64,000 bases of DNA from Candidatus Eiseniibacteriota bacterium (GTDB lineage: Bacteria; Eisenbacteria; RBG-16-71-46). Positions 33,026 to 43,189 of this stretch are shown here, in pieces. The notes beneath the pieces are model-generated. The model did no database searches. It was not told the DNA's origin and saw nothing but the letters and a program-made list of their open reading frames with translations. The stretch covers positions 360,353 through 424,352 of the forward strand of contig CAVZLN010000008.1 of the NCBI GenBank assembly GCA_963776245.1. Reading direction: 5' to 3'. A program made the position numbers and the translations under genes. Within the stretch, counting starts at the first letter, position 1, and each line of letters starts with the position of its first letter.

Positions 33026-33426
33026 CGTTGGAGCCCGCACGCGGCGAAGAACCCGCGCAGACCCTCGACCTCGCCGGGCAGGTCGTGGTGGACGATGCGC
33101 ACCACCTTCCCCGCCGGGCCGACGGTGAACACCTGCCGGCACTGGTGGCGGTGGGCGCGGCCAGCATGGGCGAGGTGATCGATGAACGTCACCGCGATCT
33201 CGTCGTCCGAGAGCGGTTCGACCTCGCTCTCGTAGCGCACCTCGTCGAGGTGACGTCTTCCCCATTCGGTGGCCTCGCGGTACGACGCCACGATCGCCTG
33301 GGGACCGCGCAGCGTCGCGCGACCGGTCAGGTACTCGCAGTCGGCGGCGAGCAGGCCGAGCACACGATCGAAGTCGTCGAGGTCGAGCGCCTCGGCGAGC
33401 GCGCGGACGACCTCGGCGCTTCGCAT
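33022..33426 (-). CDS. NTF2/SnoaL-like small protein
   Basis: 134 aa from the ATG at 33426: [33 protein letters not shown]...IAVTFIDHL...[17 protein letters not shown]. It fits a cone-like alpha+beta fold pattern. The assignment is by pattern only. Confidence 0.5.
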   Translation of the reverse strand: MRSAEVVRALAEALDLDDFDRVLGLLAADCEYLTGRATLRGPQAIVASYREATEWGRRHLDEVRYESEVEPLSDDEIAVTFIDHLAHAGRAHRHQCRQVFTVGPAGKVVRIVHHDLPGEVEGLRGFFAACGLQR

Positions 33427-33428
33427 GG

Positions 33429-34574
<1,146 letters not shown>

Positions 34575-34689
34575 GGTCTGCGTCTCCTTGCAGGGGCTGC
34601 GGGTCCTTCACGGGGTGCCGTCGGAGGGGGCTGCCTCGGGAAACTAGCAAAGTCGTGCCCGCTCTCCGACGGCGACATGCTCGGAGGGC

Positions 34690-34718
34690 ATGCTACACAT
34701 ATGGGCAGTACAGGGCAA
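34690..34718 (-). promoter_or_regulatory. candidate sigma-70 promoter for recA
   Basis: The minus strand reads TTGCCC-17 nt-TAGCAT in the only AT-richer patch of the recA upstream region (...CCTGTACTGCCCATATGTGTAGCATGC...). Confidence 0.3.
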
Positions 34719-34740
34719 GGGGAACTTCGGGCGGCAGCGA

Positions 34741-34775
34741 GAGGGGCGCGCCCAGATCTCGAGGGCGCGCCCCTC
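34741..34775 (-). terminator. 13-bp GC stem-loop downstream of the secreted-protein gene
   Basis: GAGGGGCGCGCCC-agatctcga-GGGCGCGCCCCTC is a perfect 13-bp inverted repeat 60 nt after the stop at 34835. There is no clear U-tract. Confidence 0.4.
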
Positions 34776-34834
34776 ATGTGCCTCAACCGGCGGCCGGCGC
34801 GCGCGTTCCGCGCCTCACGCGCCGCGCGGGACGC

Positions 34835-37285
34835 TCATCTCACATAGGCCATCCGCCGCGTGAGCACCCGGCCGAGCGCCTCCAACCTCACGAAGTAGAG
34901 CCCGCTTCCCACCGGGGTCCCCACCGCGTCGCGCCCATCCCAGACCTCGCTCCACTTCCCGGCCGTTCGCTCGCCGCTCGCCAGCGTGCGCACCCGCCGC
35001 CCCTGCGCGTCGAACACCGACAGCTCCACGGAGGTCGCGGACGGCAGCGTGAAGCCGACGCGCGCCGCGCCGAGCGCCGGATTGGGGGCGATGGAAGCGA
35101 GCGACAGCTCGCGCGGCGTCTCGTCCTCCACCGCCAGCGTGCCGTTCGGCAGCAGCAGCGCGAACGCGCTCTCGTTGCCGTGGATATCGAACGCCGAGAG
35201 CTTGTAGTAGGCGGTCGGCGCTCCGGCGTCGAGATAGCCGGGGTCGGCCTTCTGGATCACCAGGTTCGACGGCCCGGGAGCGAAGTCGGGCGCGGACCCG
35301 CGGTAGAGCCGGTAACCGGCCAGGTCCGCCTCCGGGCTCGCGGCCCAGATCAGGCTCGCTCCGTAGCCGGCCGCGTACGTCCCGGTGAACGGTGCCGGCA
35401 CCGCCGGCGCCAGATCGTCCACCGAGTACGCGCTCACGGGCGGCGAGGTCCAGCGGCCCGAACCGGTGGCCGCCATCCCCTCCACCATGAACGCGGTGAG
35501 CGGATTGCCGGCGGCGGTGGAGTCGCTGGTGGTGGGTGCCACCAGCGAGTAGCCGGGCAGTCCGCTCGCCACCTGGGTGCCCACCAGCTCCCAGTACCAC
35601 GTCTGGGCGCCTTCGACAGTGGTGCGGAACACGCGGGACGCGGCGGGCGGCTCACCGCCTTCCTGCGTGTCGTCGATCAGCACCGCTCCGGCGGCCAGCG
35701 CGCCCTGAGCGAGCGCGGCCGGGGCCTCGCGCCATACCCGGTACGAGCCGATCCCGTAGGTCGGGTCGGCGTCGAGATACGAGGGGCTCCACGCCACGCG
35801 CACCTGCCCGCCCTGATCGTGAGCGACATCGTCCACCGCGGCGATGAACGGCTCGGGGCTGCCGAGATAGCCGTAGTGGTCCACGTGCCCGGCGAGCAGG
35901 TCGTAGCTGCTCCCGTCCCAGCTGTTGCACCACACCACGATCGCGCCACCCTTGCCGTCGGCGCACGAGAGCACGCTGGCGTACGAGCCGCCCGCGATGA
36001 CGGCTGAACAGATGTCGGTCCCACCCGACGGCCAGCCCGCGGCGGCGGCGCCGCCCGGGAGGTATCGATGCGCCCCCACCCGCCAGGGCACGGCGTAGAT
36101 GATCTGCGTGCCCACCAGCAGACCGCCGGTCCCGTCCGGCGCGATGCCGGCGTAGTAGTCGCTCACGTTCAAGCCACTTGTCGTCCAGCCCGGCGGGATG
36201 GTGCCGTTCACCGTGAATCGAGTGACGTAGCGGGCGGAGTTGGACAGGTTCGCCCAGTGCACGTATCCGCCGCCCGCGCCATCGGTCACCAGTTCCATCA
36301 GGACCTGGTCCGAGACGCCGGTGCCGATCAGCAGCGAACCGCTCTGGAAGCCGGCTGGGGTCCGGCCCGTCGGCAACAGGCGGGTGCCGTACACGTCGGC
36401 GTCCCCGCTGCGACGATCGGTCCACACCACCAGCGCTCCGTTGTCTCCGTCGCTGATGACGAGCGGCTGGGTCTGATCGCCGGTCGCGTTGGTGACCGAT
36501 GCGCCGAAGATCTGCGAGCCATCGCCGCGGTAGTTGACCGCGAAGATGTCGTAGTTCCCCGCGTTGTTGGACTGGTACGCCACGATGCATCCACCCGTGC
36601 CATTGGGGGCCACACTGGGGTACTCCTGCAACGTGCTCGTGGCGTCGAGGTCCATCCCGCCGGCCGGGAACCCCACCTCGACCTGGCCATCGGCCGTCAG
36701 GTGCTGGAGCATCGGATCGTGGTTGGAGACGCTCAGGTTCGCCTGCCAGACGATGAACGCCCCGCCGGCGCCGTCGCTGCAGAGCTTCGGCAGCACGTCG
36801 TCGGTGGAGGCCAGGCTCACGCGCAGACCGCCCGCGGGCCAGCCCGGGGCCACGTCGCCGTCGGCGAGGATGCGGATCGCGTAGATATCGTGCCCGTTGG
36901 GAGCGCTGCGCAGGTCATCCCACGCCAGGATCGCGCCGCCTTCGCCGTCCGGGATCATGACCACGCCGATCTGCCCACCGGAGGCGGTGCACACCGGAAT
37001 CCCATTGGCGGTCCAGCCCGGGTCGGGGCCTCCCCCGACGAGCAGGCGTGCCATGTAGATGTCGACGCCGGTGACGCCACTGTTGCGGTAGTCCGCCCAG
37101 GCCACGAACGCGCCGCCCGCGCCATCCGTGACCACCGCATGGGAGATCTGCATGTCGGTGGCGGTGGTGACACGCACCGGCGTACAGAGCGTGTGGGGCC
37201 ACTGCGCGCGCGCCGCGCACGGGACCAGGATGGAGAGCAGCACGGCAACGACGAGGACGAGGGGAACCCGGAGGGATCGGCCCAT
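34835..37285 (-). CDS. secreted protein: 8 copies of a DG-x-GG/DIY repeat, FN3-like module, C-terminal FlgD-Ig/T9SS-type domain (paralogue A)
   Basis: 816 aa from the ATG at 37285 with signal peptide MGRSLRVPLVLVVAVLLSILVPCAARA. Repeats include TDGAGGAFVAWADYRNSGVTGVDIYMARLL and PDGEGGAILAWDDLRSAPNGHDIYAIRIL (8 in total). It also has LAGYRLYRGSAPDF...YYKLSAFDIHGNES and a tail IAPNPALGAARVGFTLP...LSVFDAQGRRVRTL...WDGRD...GSGLYFVRLEA. Confidence 0.7.
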   Translation of the reverse strand: MGRSLRVPLVLVVAVLLSILVPCAARAQWPHTLCTPVRVTTATDMQISHAVVTDGAGGAFVAWADYRNSGVTGVDIYMARLLVGGGPDPGWTANGIPVCTASGGQIGVVMIPDGEGGAILAWDDLRSAPNGHDIYAIRILADGDVAPGWPAGGLRVSLASTDDVLPKLCSDGAGGAFIVWQANLSVSNHDPMLQHLTADGQVEVGFPAGGMDLDATSTLQEYPSVAPNGTGGCIVAYQSNNAGNYDIFAVNYRGDGSQIFGASVTNATGDQTQPLVISDGDNGALVVWTDRRSGDADVYGTRLLPTGRTPAGFQSGSLLIGTGVSDQVLMELVTDGAGGGYVHWANLSNSARYVTRFTVNGTIPPGWTTSGLNVSDYYAGIAPDGTGGLLVGTQIIYAVPWRVGAHRYLPGGAAAAGWPSGGTDICSAVIAGGSYASVLSCADGKGGAIVVWCNSWDGSSYDLLAGHVDHYGYLGSPEPFIAAVDDVAHDQGGQVRVAWSPSYLDADPTYGIGSYRVWREAPAALAQGALAAGAVLIDDTQEGGEPPAASRVFRTTVEGAQTWYWELVGTQVASGLPGYSLVAPTTSDSTAAGNPLTAFMVEGMAATGSGRWTSPPVSAYSVDDLAPAVPAPFTGTYAAGYGASLIWAASPEADLAGYRLYRGSAPDFAPGPSNLVIQKADPGYLDAGAPTAYYKLSAFDIHGNESAFALLLPNGTLAVEDETPRELSLASIAPNPALGAARVGFTLPSATSVELSVFDAQGRRVRTLASGERTAGKWSEVWDGRDAVGTPVGSGLYFVRLEALGRVLTRRMAYVR
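35128..35360. repeat. nucleotide-level repeat shared with 37729-37960 (C-terminal modules of paralogues A and B)
   Basis: By-eye alignment gives about 85% identity over more than 200 nt, for example ccaccgccagcgtgccg...gagagcttgtagtaggc...gcgctccggcgtcgagatagccgg...ccggccaggtccgcctc. The offset is 2601 nt. Confidence 0.8.
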
Positions 37286-37435
37286 GACGCACCCCACTGG
37301 GGTCGTCGGGGCGACGACCGCCGCATGGTTCGCGAGACCGGCATCCCTGCCGGCGGGTCCGAGGTGCCGACACCATAGGTCCGGCACCGGCGCGGGGCAA
37401 ACCTGCGCGCCTCGACCTGCCCCGACCGAGCGCCG

Positions 37436-39832
37436 CTATCGGATCAGCGCCAGCCGCTCCACGAGGGACCGCCCGTCCGCCTGCAGACGGACGAAGTAGA
37501 GGCCACTGCCCACCGGCGCGCTCGATCCGTCGCAGCCGTCCCACGCGGCGCTCCCCCGGCCCGCCTCGAGCACGCCGTCGATCAGGGTGCGCACCCGCCG
37601 GCCCCGTGCGTCGAACACCGCCAGCGTCACGCGCCCCGCACGCGGCAGCGCGTAGCCGATGCGCGCGGTGCCTCGCACCGGATTGGGCGCGACCGGCGCC
37701 AGCGCCAGTTCGAGCGGCGGCGCGTCCTCCACCGCCAGCGTGCCGCTGGGCAGCAGCAGCGCGAAGCCGCTCTCGTTGCCATGGAGGTCGATCGCCGAGA
37801 GCTTGTAGTAGGCCGAGGGCGCTCCGGCGTCGAGATAGCCGGGATCGGCCTTCTGCGCCACCAGGCTCGAGGGGCCCGGCACGAAGCCCGGCGTGGATCC
37901 GCGATAGAGCCGGTAGCCGGCCAGGTCCGCCTCGGCATTGGCGCCCCAGAACAGGCTCGCGCCGGTGCCCACCGAATACGTCCCCGAGAACGGGGCCGGG
38001 GTCGCAGGCGGCAGGTTGTCCACCGAGTAGCCGGAATCGGCCTTCGATTCCCAGAACGCCCCGGTGGACGCCGCGAGTGCGCGCACCTTGACCAGCGTGT
38101 AGGGATTGGTGGCGGCCGCCGAGTCCCCGAGGGTGGGCACCACGTAGCTGTACCCGGCCTGCGCCGCGGCGGCCTGCTGCCCGACGAACTCCCAGTACAC
38201 GGTCTGCCCGCCGAGCGCCTGCGTCATGATCACCTTGCGGTCGCTGGTCGCGGGGGCCACGGCCTGGTCCGCGTCCACGCGCTGCGCGCCCGTCGCGAGC
38301 GCGCGCAGAGCGTAGGTGGCCGGAACGCTGCGCCAGACGTCGTACTCGGTGACCACGGACGCCGGCAGCGCGTCCAGGTAACTGGCGTCCCACGACACCT
38401 TGAGGTGGCCGCCCTGATCGTTCTTCACGTCCCGCACCGACGCGATCGCCGGGGACGGTTCGCCGAGCTGCGAGAAGCGGTCCACCCGCTGGGCGAACAC
38501 GTCGGGCTCCGCCGTGCCGAGCACCTGGTGGAACGACGCGATCGCCCCCTGCGCTCCATCGGTCACCAGCGAGACTCCCCCGACGCCCATCGCCAGCGCG
38601 CGCCCGGAGTAGGGCCAGCCCGGCCACTCGATGCCATTGCCACCGAGATGCTTGATGTACTGACCGCCGGTCCCGCCCCAGGTCACGAGCGCCCCGCCGG
38701 CGCCATCGGAGACCGCGGTGAGCTGGGGTACGTTGACCGCCGTGGCGATCGGGGTTCCGTTGTACGTCCACCCCGGCGGGATGACCCCGCCGATGGTGAC
38801 GCGGGTGGCGTACAGATCCGCCGGCAGCAGGGCGCCGCCGCGGCTGTCACGCCAGAACAGGATCGCGCCGCCACTGCCGTCGGACGTCATGGCGGCCAGC
38901 TGCCGGCTATTGAGGTCGCTGATGTAAGGGTAACCCCACGCGAGGTTGCCGTTGGGGAGCACTCGCGTGGCGTAGATGTATGCATAGTCATCGTAGCCGA
39001 CGATCACGCCGCCGTAGCCATCCGGCACCACGATGGCGTCCACGTCGTCGGACGGACCGGTGCTGATCTGCCGTCCGCCCAGGGCGAAGGCCTCGGCGCC
39101 CGCCACCGAGTACGCCTGCATGTAGAGGTCGATGCTCGCGCCGCGCTCATCGTTCCACGCCATGAAAGCCTTCCCACCACTCAACGTGAGCGCGGTGGGC
39201 CACTGGAACAGGACATTGCTGGTGCCTTCATGGATGTACGGCCACCAGGTGCCCCCCGCGGTGACATGATTGATGAGCGGATCGGTGTCGGTGATCGTGT
39301 AGGTCGCGGCCCAGGCCACGTAGGCACCGCCCACGCCGTCCGCGGCGATGAGCGGCAGGTTGTCATCGACGGAGGACCCGGGCGACACGCCGTTCACCGG
39401 CCATCCGGCGAAAGGAGCCCCGGCCGGATCCAGATGCTGGACGTAGATGTCCGCATCACTGACGCTGTTGCGGAAGTCCCGCCAGGCGATGAACACGCCG
39501 CCGGCGCCATCGGTGCAGATCACCGGCACGGTCTGGTCGCGGGTCGCGACCGCCACCGGGACCCCATTCGCCGTCCACTGGGCCACGCCGTGCGCGTCGA
39601 GGTGCTGGGCGTAGACGTCGTAGTCGCCGCTCCGGTTGTCATACCAGGCGATGAACACGCCGCCCGCTCCGTCGGAGCACGAGGAGTACGCGTACTGAGT
39701 CCCGGCCGAGGTGCACACGGGCTGCGGGCCGGCCGGATCGTGGGACCACGTGGCGCGGGCGGGCGCGGCACCGAGCAAGGCCAGGATGGTGAGCACCGAA
39801 CCGACTCGCAGCGACGGGTACCTGCGGTTCAT
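37436..39832 (-). CDS. secreted protein with the same architecture (paralogue B)
   Basis: 798 aa from the ATG at 39832, preceded by GGAGG, with signal peptide MNRRYPSLRVGSVLTILALLGAAPARA. It has 8 repeats (SDGAGGVFIAWYDNRSGDYDVYAQHL, TDGAGGVFIAWRDFRNSVSDADIYVQHL ...), an FN3-like LAGYRLYRGSTPGF...YYKLSAIDLHGNES, and a tail VAPNPVRGTARIGYALP...LAVFDARGRRVRTL...GSGLYFVRLQA. Confidence 0.7.
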   Translation of the reverse strand: MNRRYPSLRVGSVLTILALLGAAPARATWSHDPAGPQPVCTSAGTQYAYSSCSDGAGGVFIAWYDNRSGDYDVYAQHLDAHGVAQWTANGVPVAVATRDQTVPVICTDGAGGVFIAWRDFRNSVSDADIYVQHLDPAGAPFAGWPVNGVSPGSSVDDNLPLIAADGVGGAYVAWAATYTITDTDPLINHVTAGGTWWPYIHEGTSNVLFQWPTALTLSGGKAFMAWNDERGASIDLYMQAYSVAGAEAFALGGRQISTGPSDDVDAIVVPDGYGGVIVGYDDYAYIYATRVLPNGNLAWGYPYISDLNSRQLAAMTSDGSGGAILFWRDSRGGALLPADLYATRVTIGGVIPPGWTYNGTPIATAVNVPQLTAVSDGAGGALVTWGGTGGQYIKHLGGNGIEWPGWPYSGRALAMGVGGVSLVTDGAQGAIASFHQVLGTAEPDVFAQRVDRFSQLGEPSPAIASVRDVKNDQGGHLKVSWDASYLDALPASVVTEYDVWRSVPATYALRALATGAQRVDADQAVAPATSDRKVIMTQALGGQTVYWEFVGQQAAAAQAGYSYVVPTLGDSAAATNPYTLVKVRALAASTGAFWESKADSGYSVDNLPPATPAPFSGTYSVGTGASLFWGANAEADLAGYRLYRGSTPGFVPGPSSLVAQKADPGYLDAGAPSAYYKLSAIDLHGNESGFALLLPSGTLAVEDAPPLELALAPVAPNPVRGTARIGYALPRAGRVTLAVFDARGRRVRTLIDGVLEAGRGSAAWDGCDGSSAPVGSGLYFVRLQADGRSLVERLALIR
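37729..37960. repeat. partner copy of the repeat at 35128-35360
   Basis: See the partner feature. It lies in the same relative position in paralogue B. Confidence 0.8.
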
Positions 39833-40026
39833 CGAAGCCTCCTGGACATGCGCCGGTGTGCGGGGGCGCGCCGAACGAGACCGAGGGGACGGGGAGGGAT
39901 CGCTCCCACGGCGGTCCCGTGATGAGCGATGCGACCGCGCCACGGTACTCGCGCCCGCCCGCGCCGCCAATGGATAAAGCGTCGCGTCCGGGCCGGGCCG
40001 CCGGGGCCTGTCGGGTCGAGGCCCTT

Positions 40027-40578
40027 TCAGTCGCCGAGCGGGGCCCGCTCGCGCACGGTGTAGCGCGAGCCACCCGGCGACAACACGCTCTCCATCACGC
40101 ACAGCCGCTCGACCGGAAAGGCCGCGGGGCCCACGCGCGCGGCGCCCAGCCGCATCGCCCAGTCGGCGCCCGGCGTGCGCACGCGGCCGAGAGTGAGATG
40201 GGGAGTGAACGCCCGGTCGGCCGGCTCGAACCCGCGCGCGCGCAGCGCCCGCTCGAGCGCGCGGGCCAGCCGCACCAGCGGCTCGGCGCCGGCGCTCAGC
40301 CCGAGCCAGATCACGCGTGCCCGGGCGGCATCGGGGAACGCGCCGGGGGCACCGAGCGCCGCGTCGAAGCGCGCCTCCCCCGCCGCCGCCTCGCGCGCCG
40401 CCTCGCTGGCACGGCGGGCACCGTCCTCGCCCACCTCACCGAGGAAGCGCAGGGTGAAGTGCAGGTTGTCGGCCTTCACCCACGACACGCCGTCGCCCGG
40501 GTGGGCGAGGGCGTCGCTCACCGCGCGCGCCGCGCGCTGCACCTGCGGCGGCGGGAACACGGCGAGGAACAGGCGCAT
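40027..40578 (-). CDS. thpR: RNA 2',3'-cyclic phosphodiesterase (2H family, LigT/ThpR)
   Basis: From the ATG at 40578: MRLFLAVFPP... with two H-x-T-x motifs (NLHFTLRFLG and TPHLTLGRV). Confidence 0.8.
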   Translation of the reverse strand: MRLFLAVFPPPQVQRAARAVSDALAHPGDGVSWVKADNLHFTLRFLGEVGEDGARRASEAAREAAAGEARFDAALGAPGAFPDAARARVIWLGLSAGAEPLVRLARALERALRARGFEPADRAFTPHLTLGRVRTPGADWAMRLGAARVGPAAFPVERLCVMESVLSPGGSRYTVRERAPLGD

Positions 40579-40598
40579 GGCGGGCCCGCGCGTCGCGA

Positions 40599-41873
40599 CT
40601 ACGCGGGCTTCGCCGCGGTCTCGAGCGCCGCGTCGAGCGGCAGGCCCACCAGCGCGCGGCGCACCAGGTCGAGGGCGGTCTGCGCGGCGCGCTCGCGGAT
40701 GGTGGCGCGCGTGCCCTGGAACGCGAGCTTCCGCACCCCGCTGCCCCGCGGGGCGGCGACCGCGATGAACACGGTGCCGACCGGCTTCTCGTCGCTGCCC
40801 CCGTCGGGCCCGGCGATGCCGGTGATGCCCACGCCGACCTCCACGCCCGCCTTCTTGCGGGCGCCCTCGGCCATCTGCTCGGCGATCGGCGCGCTCACCG
40901 CGCCATGCGCCTCGAGGTCCGCGGCGCGCACCCCGAGCTGCTCGAGCTTGGAGATGTTGGTGTAGCTCACGGCGCCGCGCTCGAACCAGCGCGAGGAGCC
41001 CGGCACGTCGGTGAGCCGCTTGGCGAGCAGCCCGCCGGTGCACGATTCGCCGGTCGCGATGCGGTAGCCGAGGCTCACCAGCAGCTCGCCCACCACCTGT
41101 TCCATGGTGGCGGCGCCCTCGGCGTAGAGCACCGGGGCGGCGATCGCCTTGAGGGCCTCGTACGACTGCGCGGTCACGCTCCGCACCAGCTCGGGGTCGC
41201 TGCCCGCCACGGTCACGCGCAGGTCCACGCCGAAGTAGCTCGGCAGGTAGGCGAGCGTGGCGCCCGGCCATTCCTGCGGCTGGTGGCCGATGCGCGCGTG
41301 GAGCGCGGACTCGGACACCCCGAAGGTCCGCAGCGTGAAGGTCTCGACCGCGCGCGCGCTGCGTGCCTGGAAGTACGGCACCACGTGCTCGGTGGTGAGG
41401 TCCTCGAACTCGTAGGGCACCCCCGGCAGCAGCACCACCGGCTTGTGCTCGTGCACGATACAGAGCCCGGGCGCGGCGCCGAGGCGATTGGGCCAGACCT
41501 CCGCGCCGCGCGGGATGAGCGCCTGCGCCTCGACCGAGCCCGGCAGCTTGCGCCCCGAGCGGCGGACGCGCTCGCGGATGTGCTCGAGCACGCGCTCGTC
41601 GAGCTGGAGCGGCCGGCTCAGGACACTCGCCACCGCCTTGCGCGTCACGTCGTCGGGCGTGGGCCCCAGGCCGCCCATCAGGATCACCGCGTCGGCCCGC
41701 GAGAGCGCGCGGCGCAGCGCGTCGCCGATGCGCTCGGGGGCGTCGCCCACGGTGGAGTGCCACTCCACCTGCACGTTCACGGCTTCGAGGGCGCGCGCGA
41801 GGAACGCGAAGTTGGTGTCCACGGTGCGCCCCGACAGCACCTCGTTGCCGATGGTGACGATCTCGATGCGCAT
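40599..41873 (-). CDS. cinA: competence/damage-inducible protein CinA (MoCF-like domain plus nicotinamide-nucleotide amidase)
   Basis: From the ATG at 41873: MRIEIVTIGNEVLSGRTVDTNFAFLARAL...GGLGPTPDDVTR...ATGESCTGGLLAKRLTDVPGSS...GITGIAGPDGG. Confidence 0.85.
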   Translation of the reverse strand: MRIEIVTIGNEVLSGRTVDTNFAFLARALEAVNVQVEWHSTVGDAPERIGDALRRALSRADAVILMGGLGPTPDDVTRKAVASVLSRPLQLDERVLEHIRERVRRSGRKLPGSVEAQALIPRGAEVWPNRLGAAPGLCIVHEHKPVVLLPGVPYEFEDLTTEHVVPYFQARSARAVETFTLRTFGVSESALHARIGHQPQEWPGATLAYLPSYFGVDLRVTVAGSDPELVRSVTAQSYEALKAIAAPVLYAEGAATMEQVVGELLVSLGYRIATGESCTGGLLAKRLTDVPGSSRWFERGAVSYTNISKLEQLGVRAADLEAHGAVSAPIAEQMAEGARKKAGVEVGVGITGIAGPDGGSDEKPVGTVFIAVAAPRGSGVRKLAFQGTRATIRERAAQTALDLVRRALVGLPLDAALETAAKPA

Positions 41874-42009
41874 GGGGCTCCCGTGGGTGCCGGAGGTGCG
41901 TGCGTGGTCCGTGGGGCGCGAATGTGCCATCCGTGCGCTCCGGGCGCAACACCGCGGCGTGATCCAGCGGTCCCGGAGCGCCGGTCGCGGAGCGCTCCGG
42001 ACGCGGCCC

Positions 42010-42504
42010 CTACGCGTTCGCCAGGTGCAGCGAGCCGTGCATGCAGAACACCGCGGTGGGCGGACCGGCCACCCGTTCGTAGTCGGCGGTGCGCATGCGC
42101 ACCACCTCGTGGTGATTGCCGGCCTGGAAGTAGAAGTCGTCCCGCTCGCGGAAGCAGGCATCGAGGTAGACCGACAGGCGATAGAGTTGGCCGAACGGCG
42201 GCATCGCGCCCGAGTCGCAGTCGGGGAACAGCCGCGCCATCTCCTCCTCGCTCGCCAGGCCGAGGTCCCGGCGTCCAGTGGCGCGCTTGAAGATCGCGAA
42301 ATCGAGGTGCGCCGGCGCCGGCAGCACGCACAGGAAGAAGTCCCGCAGGCCCTCGCGGACCACCACCACCTTGGCGAGTCGCTTGCCGGACACGTGCGCC
42401 ACGTGCGCCACGTCCTGGGCGGTGAAGGCCTCGCGGTGCGGGAGCACCTCGTACCACACCAGCTTCTCGTCGAGCAGTCTCAGCAGCCGATCCTTGCACG
42501 CCAT
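42010..42504 (-). CDS. YbaK/aminoacyl-tRNA-editing domain protein
   Basis: From the ATG at 42504: ...WYEVLPHREAFTAQDVA...GKRLAKVVVV...FPDCDSGAMPPFGQLY...FYFQAGNHHEVVRM. Confidence 0.55.
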   Translation of the reverse strand: MACKDRLLRLLDEKLVWYEVLPHREAFTAQDVAHVAHVSGKRLAKVVVVREGLRDFFLCVLPAPAHLDFAIFKRATGRRDLGLASEEEMARLFPDCDSGAMPPFGQLYRLSVYLDACFRERDDFYFQAGNHHEVVRMRTADYERVAGPPTAVFCMHGSLHLANA

Positions 42505-42721
42505 GACACGCCTCCCGACGGCCCGTCGGGGCGGCGGCTCGGACCACCGGGACACTCACGAGTGGGCCGGGCCGATCTCGGCGAGCCGCGCCGCGGCGCG
42601 CCGCGCGCGCCGGGCAAGGGTCTCCGCGCGGCACCGGGGGGCGCGTCCGCGCTGCACGTCCATGATGAGACACCCACGGGCCGCCGAGGGCAAGCGGCGA
42701 CGCGGGGGCTCCCGCGCGCGA

Positions 42722-43189
42722 TCAGCCCCGCATCCACCCCAGCGCGTGGAGCGCCCAGACCCCGCCGTGGTACGCGCCGCAGGCGATCAGGCCGGCCATG
42801 AAGTCGTCGGCGACGATGCCGTAGCCGCCGGGAAGCGACTGGATCTGGCGCGCGCCGAGCGGCTTCCACACGTCGAAGACGCGGAACAGCAGGAACGACG
42901 CCACGAACGCCGCCACGGTGTGCGGGACGAACAGGAGCGCGAGCGTCTGGCCCACGGCCTCGTCGGCAACGATGGGCTTGGCGTCGTGGCCGAGGGTCTT
43001 CTCGGCCTCTCCGCACAGGTACACGGCCAGTACCGTGCCGAGCGCGATGAGCGCCAGCGTCACCGGCAGCGCGGGCGGCGGGATGAACCAGCCGATGAGC
43101 GCCACCAGCGCGCTGCCCGCGGTGGCCGGGGCGATCGGAGCGGACCCCGCGGGCCCGAGGCGCGCGAGGAACAGGACGAGTGCCTTCAT
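42722..43189 (-). CDS. pgpA: phosphatidylglycerophosphatase A
   Basis: From the ATG at 43189: ...IVADEAVGQTLALLF...FLLFRVFDVWKPLGARQIQSLPGGYGIVADDFMAGLIA. ATGA overlap with the mglA stop. Confidence 0.75.
   Translation of the reverse strand: MKALVLFLARLGPAGSAPIAPATAGSALVALIGWFIPPPALPVTLALIALGTVLAVYLCGEAEKTLGHDAKPIVADEAVGQTLALLFVPHTVAAFVASFLLFRVFDVWKPLGARQIQSLPGGYGIVADDFMAGLIACGAYHGGVWALHALGWMRG

Noticed and set aside
34575-34834. LexA/SOS box upstream of recA.
   Set aside because: The AT-richer patch CTGTACTGCCCATATGTGTAGCATG contains a central CATATG. It has no convincing CTGT-N8-ACAG, GAAC-N4-GTTC or other known LexA palindrome, so only a promoter guess is reported.
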